Origin: an uncultured Gammaproteobacteria bacterium | GTDB taxonomy: Bacteria > Patescibacteriota > Patescibacteriia > UBA9934 | Assembly: GCA_964613815.1 (NCBI GenBank) | Contig: CAZTKG010000003.1 | Location: 54,903-118,902, forward strand | Length of the DNA: 64,000 nucleotides | Direction of reading: 5' to 3' | Part shown: positions 57,071 through 64,000 of the stretch, in pieces | Layout: each line of letters begins with the position of its first letter | How positions within the stretch are numbered: position 1 is the stretch's first letter | Translations under genes and position numbers: made by a program | The notes under the pieces: generated by a model | Told to the model about the DNA's origin: nothing | Databases searched by the model: none | What the model saw: the letters and a program-made list of their open reading frames with translations, nothing else

Positions 57071-57609
57071 TTTTTCTTGTTTGCCTCCATGATTCTTTGG
57101 AGCGCTCGTTTTGCTCTATGTAATGACACACGAATGTTATTTGGCGTCTTTCCGAGGATTCTCGCGATCTCCTTTATCTCCATTTCGTTTAGGAACTTGA
57201 GGATGATGAGTTCGCGGTACTCTTCTTTGAGCTGTCTGATTCCTTTTGCGAGCTTTCCTGCTGCATCTTTTGTATCCAGCTCGTGCTCGATATTTTCTGA
57301 TGAGGCGATTGCTTCTGCTTCGCTGATGTCGCCCTCGATAATGCGTTTGCGGTAGAAATCTGCCACGAGTCTTGTTGCGATGCGATAGAAGAGTGCGCCG
57401 GCGTAGTTGACCCTGCTTGCTGTTGCGTACTCCCAGCCGCGGAGGAAGACCTCTCCTGCGAGCTCATCTGCGTCGTGCCCGGTAGGGAGTTTGAAGAAGA
57501 GATAGCGGCGGATCTTTTCGAAGTAGGCGTCGTAGAGCTCGCCATATGCTTCGGTATCGCGGTGCGCGTATACGCGGTGCAAAAGGAATTGTTGTTTTTT
57601 CGCGTTCAT
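57067..57609 (-). CDS. ECF-type RNA polymerase sigma factor (sigma-70 regions 2 and 4)
   Basis: Region 4 HTH LIILKFLNEMEIKEIARILGKTPNNIRVSLHRAKRALQ. Region 2 around FLRGWEY. Confidence 0.85.
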   Translation of the reverse strand: MNAKKQQFLLHRVYAHRDTEAYGELYDAYFEKIRRYLFFKLPTGHDADELAGEVFLRGWEYATASRVNYAGALFYRIATRLVADFYRKRIIEGDISEAEAIASSENIEHELDTKDAAGKLAKGIRQLKEEYRELIILKFLNEMEIKEIARILGKTPNNIRVSLHRAKRALQRIMEANKKK

Positions 57610-57750
57610 GTCGCGTACATCTATATAGTCGTGGAAATGATGAAATCATTACACTTGGAAAAATATTGTGGGTATCTTGCATTAATTTGCGAATCTTGGC
57701 GAGGACGTAAAAGGTCTTTCGACCTCACGTCCCAAGGGCCCGCTGTTCTG

Positions 57751-57774
57751 TTTGTCATCGGTTTCTTTGACAAA
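57751..57774. promoter_or_regulatory. inverted repeat TTTGTCA-N10-TGACAAA upstream of the HTH gene (candidate operator)
   Basis: Perfect 7-bp arms at 57751-57757 and 57768-57774, about 50 nt upstream of the ATG at 57826. Overlaps a TTGACA -35-like hexamer. Confidence 0.3.
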
Positions 57775-57825
57775 TGATCTCTTCTTGTCTAGGCTATTAT
57801 TGACATTAACTTTTGGTCTGGATTT

Positions 57826-58101
57826 ATGACTACTCCATCTGCGAATACCGTTCGACTTTCTGTAAGTGAGGCCGCTAAGCTTTTTGGAGTGAGTACGCGA
57901 ACGATTCGCCGAGCTATTGCGGATGGGAGCGTTTTGTATATTGTCGTGCAGGGGCGTTATAAGTTAAGCTTTGATTCGCTCCTTTCTTGGTCTCAGCGGA
58001 AGCCTACGATTCGCAAGAAGCGTGATCGTGATGGAATTGGGCAGTATGTGGAACAGTGGAAGATTCGGAATCCGCACTTCTCTCCTGGTGACCAGGAATA
58101 G
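57826..58101 (+). CDS. excisionase-family helix-turn-helix DNA-binding protein
   Basis: LSVSEAAKLFGVSTRTIRRAIADGSV, a MerR-superfamily/excisionase-type HTH. 91 aa. Confidence 0.6.
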   Translation: MTTPSANTVRLSVSEAAKLFGVSTRTIRRAIADGSVLYIVVQGRYKLSFDSLLSWSQRKPTIRKKRDRDGIGQYVEQWKIRNPHFSPGDQE

Positions 58102-58117
58102 CGACAGGAGGACATAA

Positions 58118-59317
58118 TTGCTTATTGTGTCCAATCGAAAAGAAGACGAATTTTTGTATCGGGAGCTTTGTGAGCTGCCGACCTTCCCTTTTCATGCTTT
58201 GACCCGGCCGAGCAAGGAAAGCGTAACGCGATCTCGGTTGGCGTTTTTTGATACGCGAAAATTGCCGAGGTTTGCCTACCCCCGTGCTCGTAGGTACCCG
58301 GTGGATGATTATTTGCAACATGTTGACGGGTTTTTGAAGGTGATTTTGACGAGCAAGGTGCGAGCTAGGGTTCAGGAGCTGTATGTCGCGAAGGCTCGAG
58401 AGCTCCGGCTTCGGGCGGAGATCGTGCAGGCGATTTGCGCTGGGGATGATGAGGGAGTGAGCACGAAGACGCTTGAGCTATTTGGACCGATCGCGAATAC
58501 TCGAGGCGAACTTGAGGCTGAGTTTGGAGAGATGATTTCTGGGGGCACCCCTTTGTATCGGCATGAAAAGCGGATTAATGCGGAAATGATGCATGGGATG
58601 GTTGAGAGCGCGCTGCAGCATTATGGCATTACGAATGTTGATATTCGTCCGACGGGGCGGTCTGGGATGCGGGTTGCGCAGATTCCGGGGGCTGGGATGC
58701 GCGTGAAGATTCCTCGGGATATTTTGATTTCTCGAGCTCGGGCGGTGAGATTGATTGCACATGAAATTGAGGTACATGCGCTTCGGGCGCATAACGGAGC
58801 GAATAGTCCGCTCATGATCTTGGCTCGTGGACTGGATGGGTATTTAGCGACTGAAGAGGGGTTAGCGATTTGGCATCAGAATTCGATGAGCGGGAAGGCT
58901 CGGCGGTTTGATCCGGGGTTTTGGGAGGCTTATGCGAATGTTTTAGCTGGAGAGATGTCATTTGTGGAGGTTTTTGATGTTTTGAGTCAGGCTCGTGCAT
59001 TGCTAGCTGATCATGTTGGGAATGAGGATCCTGTAGAGGCCGGGCGTGATGCTGCTTGGCGGCTCTGCCTGCGGGTTTATCGGGGGATTTCGAAATTTGA
59101 TACTGCTGGAGTTGGCTTTTATCGGGACCACGTGTATCGATCTGGACTTATGATGGTTCGAAATGTGATCCATGATGGCTACAAGGAGAATATTCGGCCC
59201 CTCTTTTCTGGGAAGCTCGGTGTCAATCATTTGGATAAACTTTCTGATATTGAGTTAGGACATGTTCGCGTGCCCGAAGGGATTGGGAGAGAAATCGTTG
59301 ATTCCGCAATGCTATAG
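58118..59317 (+). CDS. DUF1704-family protein (QEGLA-motif, MATCAP-like HExxH metallopeptidase fold)
   Basis: HEIEVHALRAHNG (HExxH) and TEEGLAIW (QEGLA-like). 399 aa. Confidence 0.5.
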   Translation: MLIVSNRKEDEFLYRELCELPTFPFHALTRPSKESVTRSRLAFFDTRKLPRFAYPRARRYPVDDYLQHVDGFLKVILTSKVRARVQELYVAKARELRLRAEIVQAICAGDDEGVSTKTLELFGPIANTRGELEAEFGEMISGGTPLYRHEKRINAEMMHGMVESALQHYGITNVDIRPTGRSGMRVAQIPGAGMRVKIPRDILISRARAVRLIAHEIEVHALRAHNGANSPLMILARGLDGYLATEEGLAIWHQNSMSGKARRFDPGFWEAYANVLAGEMSFVEVFDVLSQARALLADHVGNEDPVEAGRDAAWRLCLRVYRGISKFDTAGVGFYRDHVYRSGLMMVRNVIHDGYKENIRPLFSGKLGVNHLDKLSDIELGHVRVPEGIGREIVDSAML

Positions 59318-59345
59318 ACGGCTTCTAAGCTTTATCAGCCAATAG

Positions 59346-59370
59346 AAAAACCCCCTCTTTAGCTAGGGGG
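59346..59370 (-). terminator. terminator hairpin at the convergent junction
   Basis: CCCCCT-ctttagct-AGGGGG. On the minus strand it is followed by a T-run and overlaps the stop of 59363..60058. Confidence 0.5.
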
Positions 59371-60058
59371 ACTTGGCGCGCACCTCCTTTGCCCTGAGGC
59401 ATTTGGAGATGTAGAGAACTCTTGTTGCCAGGGACTCGTGGAGCCATGCGGCTCGTGGCTGGTCGGCTGTTGCGATCGCGGCCTCTAGCGATCTGAGCAG
59501 GCCTGGCTCTGTCGCCTGCCTCACGACCGCCTTGTGGCCCTGGATGTACAGTAGGCCGCTTTTGTGGCGACTCGTCATCCATGCGAATTTCATGATTGTT
59601 CGCGGATCCAGCCCGCTTATTTCGGCGAGTTTGGATAGCATTGCCCAATGGACAACCTTCGCCTCATTGTCCTGAAATGCCACACGTGATGGGACTCGGT
59701 CTTTCCATTGGAACTTGGCCGGGTGGCTGCCGAGGCCACTTGCCGTCACGCGCCTCCCAATCCTTGCCTCCCAAAAACCGCCACCGTCTCCAGAGATTGT
59801 TGCGATCGGGCACGGACTCCAGAGAAGCAACATCTTGGCTTGCATGATTGGCCCAAGGTTTTCAACGCTTGTCACAACGCCTTCTACCCTGCTTGATGCG
59901 ATCACCCTTGGTCTTTCCAGAACCGCACAGGTCAGCCTGTGTGTGAAGACCTGAGCCTTTGCAGCGAACATCTCTTCTGGAATTTTTCCTTCCCCGATCT
60001 CCAGATTGCCGGTGACAAGTCCGGATTGATATGAGCCCAGAACTGCTTGAATGCGCAT
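59363..60058 (-). CDS. hypothetical protein
   Basis: The ORF is open to 60199. I prefer the start at MRIQAV, which has GGAGAAGAA 5 nt upstream and lies downstream of an intergenic terminator hairpin. No recognised motif. Confidence 0.4.
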   Translation of the reverse strand: MRIQAVLGSYQSGLVTGNLEIGEGKIPEEMFAAKAQVFTHRLTCAVLERPRVIASSRVEGVVTSVENLGPIMQAKMLLLWSPCPIATISGDGGGFWEARIGRRVTASGLGSHPAKFQWKDRVPSRVAFQDNEAKVVHWAMLSKLAEISGLDPRTIMKFAWMTSRHKSGLLYIQGHKAVVRQATEPGLLRSLEAAIATADQPRAAWLHESLATRVLYISKCLRAKEVRAKSP

Positions 60059-60135
60059 TTCTTCTCCTGAATGAACTGTTCTTGGATGTTTTCCAAGGCA
60101 GATGAGAATATCACTCCTCGTGCTTTTTGTCAATG

Positions 60136-60158
60136 AAAAATCCCCTCTTTCGGAGGGG
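60136..60158 (-). terminator. rho-independent terminator of 60162..60839
   Basis: CCCCTC-tttcg-GAGGGG directly after the stop. On the minus strand it is followed by ATTTTTCATT. Confidence 0.55.
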
Positions 60159-60161
60159 TTG

Positions 60162-60839
60162 CTATGCGCAGATCGCGATGAATGTGCCGGTGTCTTCAAG
60201 GGTGTCTGGATGGCGGGCCCAGCCGAAGGGGATGGCTTGGCGGGTCCAGCGGGTGAGGATAGCGATGCGATTGAAGGCTTCGCGGTCGCCGATGGCGGCG
60301 TAGAGCGCGAGGGCGCGGAGGCCTGAGAAGATACTGAAGGAAAGGAGCGTGGCCAGATTTGGGCTCGGGAGGCCGAGCCTACGTCCGAGCTCCCTCCCGA
60401 TCGCGTTCATCGGATGCTCACCGCCAAGCGCCGTCTCGAGGGCGGAAAACTCCGATACCTTCCTTCCGCAGCGAGAATCACTCACGGCCTCGTCGTAGAC
60501 CTCTGTGCGCAGACGAAGCTGTACGCCATTTGTCAGCACCCCCTGCAATGCATCGCTTGCCGGCGCCAGAACCAACTGTCGGAACTCGCGTTCACGAATC
60601 CATCCCGGGCGCTTCAGTGGCACGCTGAGTTCTCGGAACGAGATGAAATGCACGGCGTCGACCTGCATTCCGGTGGCTGCAGCTACCTGTGCCGCATACG
60701 TTGACTCCATGCGGCGCATGGGAGCCTGACCGCGCAGTGACATCGACACTAACCACTCCGCGTGTGTTCTGATGTCTTGCTTTGCCCAGGGCCGATGCTT
60801 TTCTGGGATGAGTTCGAGGATTGCTTCTGTGAGGGTCAT
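60162..60839 (-). CDS. hypothetical protein
   Basis: 225 aa with no recognised motif. GC is higher than flanking DNA. Confidence 0.4.
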   Translation of the reverse strand: MTLTEAILELIPEKHRPWAKQDIRTHAEWLVSMSLRGQAPMRRMESTYAAQVAAATGMQVDAVHFISFRELSVPLKRPGWIREREFRQLVLAPASDALQGVLTNGVQLRLRTEVYDEAVSDSRCGRKVSEFSALETALGGEHPMNAIGRELGRRLGLPSPNLATLLSFSIFSGLRALALYAAIGDREAFNRIAILTRWTRQAIPFGWARHPDTLEDTGTFIAICA

Positions 60840-60975
60840 GATCTCTCCTTGAAAGAACTTTTGGGAGTTTACTGATATTTTCTTGTGTGCGCAATGGATG
60901 CTCCGTCGTGGGATTGCCGCGTTGCGCTCGCAATGACTGCTGAAACCAAAAACACCCTCGCTTGGCGGGGTGTTT

Positions 60976-62133
60976 TTAGACAGCGTATACTCCTTCTCGG
61001 AGTGCGACGTGTTTTTCGTATAGTTCGATGGTTTCTACGGCGATGTCGTCCCAGTTGTATTCGCTTTCGACGAATACGCGGGCGGTGTGACCGATGGCGG
61101 CTGTGCCCATTGGGTCCTGGAATCGCTCGATGATTTTTTGTGCAAGATCTTCGACGTTCCCGGTTTCGAATGAGATCCCATGCTCTTCGATGACCTCATA
61201 GTTTTCGGGGATGTCGGATCCAACGACACACTTTCCGTAGCTCATTGCCTCTAGCACGGCAATTGGAAGTCCCTCGGATGTGGATGGATGGACCATGAAT
61301 TGTGAACCGGCGAATAGCGCCTGGAGAACTTCTCCTGTTTGATAGCCGGTGAATACGATGGAATTGTCGCCTGCTGCTAGCTCGTGGAGCTCTTTGACGT
61401 AATCGTCTGTGAAGGCTGAGCCTCCGACGATTGCGAGCTTCTTGTCCTTAAAAAGCTTTGGCTCAAGTTCCTTGGCTCGTTTCCAGGCCGCAATGAGAAC
61501 ATGTTGGCTTTTGTGGCGTACGAGGCGGGATACCATTGAGATGTAATCACCTGATTTTAGGCTGAACGGAGCGAGGACGACGTTGTCGATGGCTACTCGT
61601 CGTGGCGTGATGCCGTTTGCAACGTAATTTGCCTGTTTATGATATTGGAGAGAGATGTAGTTCGTGAGCGTTTTTGATACGGCAATGGTTGCGTCTGCGA
61701 ATTTTAGGCAGGCAAACTCTCCTGTTTTTAAGGCCCAGCGTGCGAGGAATCCCCACTTTGCGTGATGGCGGTCGATGCAGTGAAATGTTGTGACAACGAC
61801 TGCCTGCGGGCGGAGGATGCGGGGGATCCATGCCATTAATGATGGTCCTACCGCGTGAAAATGGATCACGTCTGGTCGGCCGAAAAGACATGCGTGCAGT
61901 GTTGCAAACAACGTATGCGAGATCGCGTCCAAATGCTTTGTCTTGATTGAGACAAGACGTTTAATTTGGATTCCATTGTAGCGATCCGCTTTTTCTTTTG
62001 CGTACCAAGGTCGAGCATAGGCAGTCACCTCATGACCTTCACGTACAAGACGCGTTGCCAATTCTTCGACGTGCGTTTCTACGCCGCCGAACTTGGCTGG
62101 TACACCTTTTTGTCCGATCATTGCGATCTTCAT
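60976..62133 (-). CDS. GT4 glycosyltransferase (DUF1972-like N-terminus; paralog of 14515..15627)
   Basis: MKIAMIGQKGVPAKFGGVETHVEEL. C-terminal EGLPIAVLEAMSYGKCV. Collinear with the 14515 paralog. Confidence 0.8.
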   Translation of the reverse strand: MKIAMIGQKGVPAKFGGVETHVEELATRLVREGHEVTAYARPWYAKEKADRYNGIQIKRLVSIKTKHLDAISHTLFATLHACLFGRPDVIHFHAVGPSLMAWIPRILRPQAVVVTTFHCIDRHHAKWGFLARWALKTGEFACLKFADATIAVSKTLTNYISLQYHKQANYVANGITPRRVAIDNVVLAPFSLKSGDYISMVSRLVRHKSQHVLIAAWKRAKELEPKLFKDKKLAIVGGSAFTDDYVKELHELAAGDNSIVFTGYQTGEVLQALFAGSQFMVHPSTSEGLPIAVLEAMSYGKCVVGSDIPENYEVIEEHGISFETGNVEDLAQKIIERFQDPMGTAAIGHTARVFVESEYNWDDIAVETIELYEKHVALREGVYAV

Positions 62134-62323
62134 AGATTAGATAGGATGTTTGTCTCTTCCGTTCCATTGAAGCGGAAAATTAGCAGAAAATATAAAAAAA
62201 GTCAAGTGTGATACCGACGATTTTGTCCACATCTTTTGACTGGGTTTTCACCCTCTTTTTCTCCTTGTTCAATTCCCCTTTACGAGCGCTGTAAGTCTTA
62301 CTATATTTTGCTGTTTTTGGCCA

Positions 62324-63559
62324 CTATTTTCTGTGTTTTTGTTTGATTTTTGTGTACAGTTTGCGAAGATTTTGCCAGTGATTTTGCGGATCTCCGAGTT
62401 CATGTGCGCGATGCCGTGCGGATTCGCCCATTGAATGCAGAACTGACTTATTGTGAATTATTTCGCCTAATGCGTCTGCTAATGCTTGCGGTGAACCGGG
62501 CTTGAATAGCCTTCCGCTGATACCATCTTCGATAATTTCGGCTAATCCTCCTGATTTTGCCGCGACAACAGGCACCCCTAATGACATTGCTTCTAGAGCA
62601 CTTAGGCCAAAGGGTTCGTGCCAGATTGATGGTGCGACGACGACTTTTGCCTGTTCGATATGCTCCCAAAGCTCCGTGCCCTTAATAAAGCCTAGGAACT
62701 CGATGTTTTCTTGACCTTCTGCAAGCGTCCTTAGCTCTGACTCGTATGGACCTGCTCCGACGATTTGAAAACCTTCCTTTGGGAGGAGTTTTGCTGCGTT
62801 TATGAGGGTCTGAACCCCTTTGTAGTCCGCGAGCCTGCCGAAGTAGATAATACGTTTTCCGACGGACTTCTTTTTGCGGTGATGCTCGCGCTCGATCAGC
62901 TCCGCAGAGAGGAATGGGTGGAAGACCTCTATTTGATCTTCGTGATAGCCGTTTTTGATGAGGGCTTGGCGGGTGAATTCTGAGTTTGCGAGGAATTTGT
63001 TTATCTTGTTTTGATAGAGTCCTAGCGCTTTTTGACATCGGTAGATGGCCTCTAGCGCTAGCGTTGCTGTGTATGAGCCTTTTATGAATCGAGATGAGGC
63101 GACCTTGTGCAGCCCTGGGTTTTTGATTGGAAGTGAGCCTTTGCCACCCCAAAGACTGTAGTTTGCTGAGATGAGAGAATAGTCATGTACGCTCATGACG
63201 ACGGGAATATGTCTCTTTTTGCAGACAGAGAGGATGGAGGGTGAGATGTGCGTGTAAATGTTGTGAACGTGAACGATGTCTGGACGGAAATCGTCGAGCA
63301 GTTTTGTGAACTTCTTTTTTGCCTCCGTTGACCAGAGCGCCCTTGCTGTTTTGCTTATGATTGATCCTGATGCACCAGATTCCGTTTCTAACTCTGAGAC
63401 AAAATACTTTGCCCATGGAGATGGGATGTTCTTTGGATAATGCATGCTGAATGGGGCGACCTGGTGGCCGTCCTGTTCTTGCAAGTGCATGAGCTCGAAC
63501 ATATAGCGCTCTGCTCCTGCGCGAAGATAGTGGTACTTGTGCGCGTGGACGATGCGCAT
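62324..63559 (-). CDS. GT4 glycosyltransferase
   Basis: I chose the start at MRIVHAH, which abuts the stop of the upstream ligase-like gene. C-terminal EPFGLSALEAMSLGVPVV. Confidence 0.75.
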   Translation of the reverse strand: MRIVHAHKYHYLRAGAERYMFELMHLQEQDGHQVAPFSMHYPKNIPSPWAKYFVSELETESGASGSIISKTARALWSTEAKKKFTKLLDDFRPDIVHVHNIYTHISPSILSVCKKRHIPVVMSVHDYSLISANYSLWGGKGSLPIKNPGLHKVASSRFIKGSYTATLALEAIYRCQKALGLYQNKINKFLANSEFTRQALIKNGYHEDQIEVFHPFLSAELIEREHHRKKKSVGKRIIYFGRLADYKGVQTLINAAKLLPKEGFQIVGAGPYESELRTLAEGQENIEFLGFIKGTELWEHIEQAKVVVAPSIWHEPFGLSALEAMSLGVPVVAAKSGGLAEIIEDGISGRLFKPGSPQALADALGEIIHNKSVLHSMGESARHRAHELGDPQNHWQNLRKLYTKIKQKHRK

Positions 63560-63560
63560 A

Positions 63561-64000
63561 TTAAGTGAGAATCTTTTCTTCTTGTCCAAGGACAGCAACA
63601 CAGGCTAGGAGGACCCATAGATACGGCGCGAGCGTTCTTACCTCTAGGAATGTTGCGAGGAAGGCGTTTACTGCAACCGCGATCATTGCACCCGCCATGC
63701 CGAGTGCGAGCGTTCTCGTGAATTCGTCGTCTGATTTTCTCCAGACTCTGATACACATTGCGAATAACGCGATGTATGCCCAGAGATAGAGGCCGAGGCC
63801 GATTGTTCCCGTTTCTCCCCAGAGACTGAGCCAATTGTTGTCTATGTAGCCATCTGATCCGTAGACGCCGAATGGGAGCGAGAGGTCGTCGTAGACTTCG
63901 GTGTTTTTGAGTGCCGCAACTGCTCCGCCACCATATGAGGCTGGGCCGTGACCGAACAACGGGGATGCTGGGATGACTTCGAGCGGGGTTTGGACGATCC
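63561..64000 (-). CDS. O-antigen ligase/Wzy-like polymerase family membrane protein (partial, 5' end beyond window)
   Basis: The frame is open to the window edge. SPLFGHGPASYG resembles the Wzy_C loop motif and is followed by TM helices. Confidence 0.55.
   Translation of the reverse strand, partial: IVQTPLEVIPASPLFGHGPASYGGGAVAALKNTEVYDDLSLPFGVYGSDGYIDNNWLSLWGETGTIGLGLYLWAYIALFAMCIRVWRKSDDEFTRTLALGMAGAMIAVAVNAFLATFLEVRTLAPYLWVLLACVAVLGQEEKILT

Noticed and set aside
59363-60839. Overlapping ORF pair 60162..60839 / 59363..60199 as a toxin-antitoxin module.
   Set aside because: - A GC-stem plus T-run terminator sits in the apparent overlap.
- A strong RBS precedes an internal Met at 60058, so the overlap is an artefact of an over-extended ORF.
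- Sizes (225 and about 231 aa) and sequences match no TA family I recognise.

Overview
This 64-kb window reads as a gene-dense, mostly minus-strand stretch of a small-genome bacterium. Flanking GC is about 50% by eye. The gene content leans toward Patescibacteria/CPR (ECF sigma next to a DUF5667-like anti-sigma, PEGA-domain protein, DUF4012, many glycosyltransferases), but that placement is an inference and a Gram-positive-type lineage cannot be excluded. I see three kinds of content.

1. Cell-envelope glycan and glycoprotein machinery dominates:
- An EPS-type locus at the left edge: DUF4012, two GT2, a processive QxxRW GT2 membrane synthase and FtsEX.
- A long translationally coupled operon: CDP-alcohol phosphatidyltransferase, a GT-C (ArnT/PMT-like), HIT, NUDIX and rmlB/C/D.
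- A second glycosylation operon (S8 subtilase, UXS-like decarboxylase, Dpm1-like GT2, DUF2304, GT2, two GT4). It sits downstream of a 1376-aa Ser/Thr/Asp-rich secreted protein and an ECF sigma/anti-sigma pair.
- A GT4/GT4/Wzy-like cluster at the right edge.

2. Housekeeping genes are scattered between these:
- ftsE/ftsX, mraY-ftsW-murG, a Mur ligase.
- rpmA, rplI, pyrG, a CtpA-like S41 protease, a NifU-like protein.
- A P-type ATPase, tRNA-Thr(CGU) and tRNA-Lys(UUU).

3. A roughly 9-kb higher-GC segment (about 15.6-24.9 kb, about 58-63% GC by eye) surrounds tRNA-Lys. It carries only hypothetical proteins, two frameshifted MFS transporter genes (one GlpT-like) and three copies of a 27-bp-arm palindromic element. 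It looks like a degraded, horizontally acquired island.

Other notable points:
- A tandem duplication of a roughly 115-nt hairpin element lies beside tRNA-Thr.
- A very GC-rich mini-ORF for a secreted Cys/Pro-rich repeat peptide sits inside the EPS operon.
- A stand-alone zinc-ribbon/PEAPAEA-repeat mini-gene has a near-consensus promoter and a terminator.
- An HTH (excisionase-family) gene is paired with a DUF1704 (MATCAP-like HExxH) protein.

I found no CRISPR array, rRNA, integrase or transposase. All functional calls rest on motif recognition from the translated ORFs, with no database search run.
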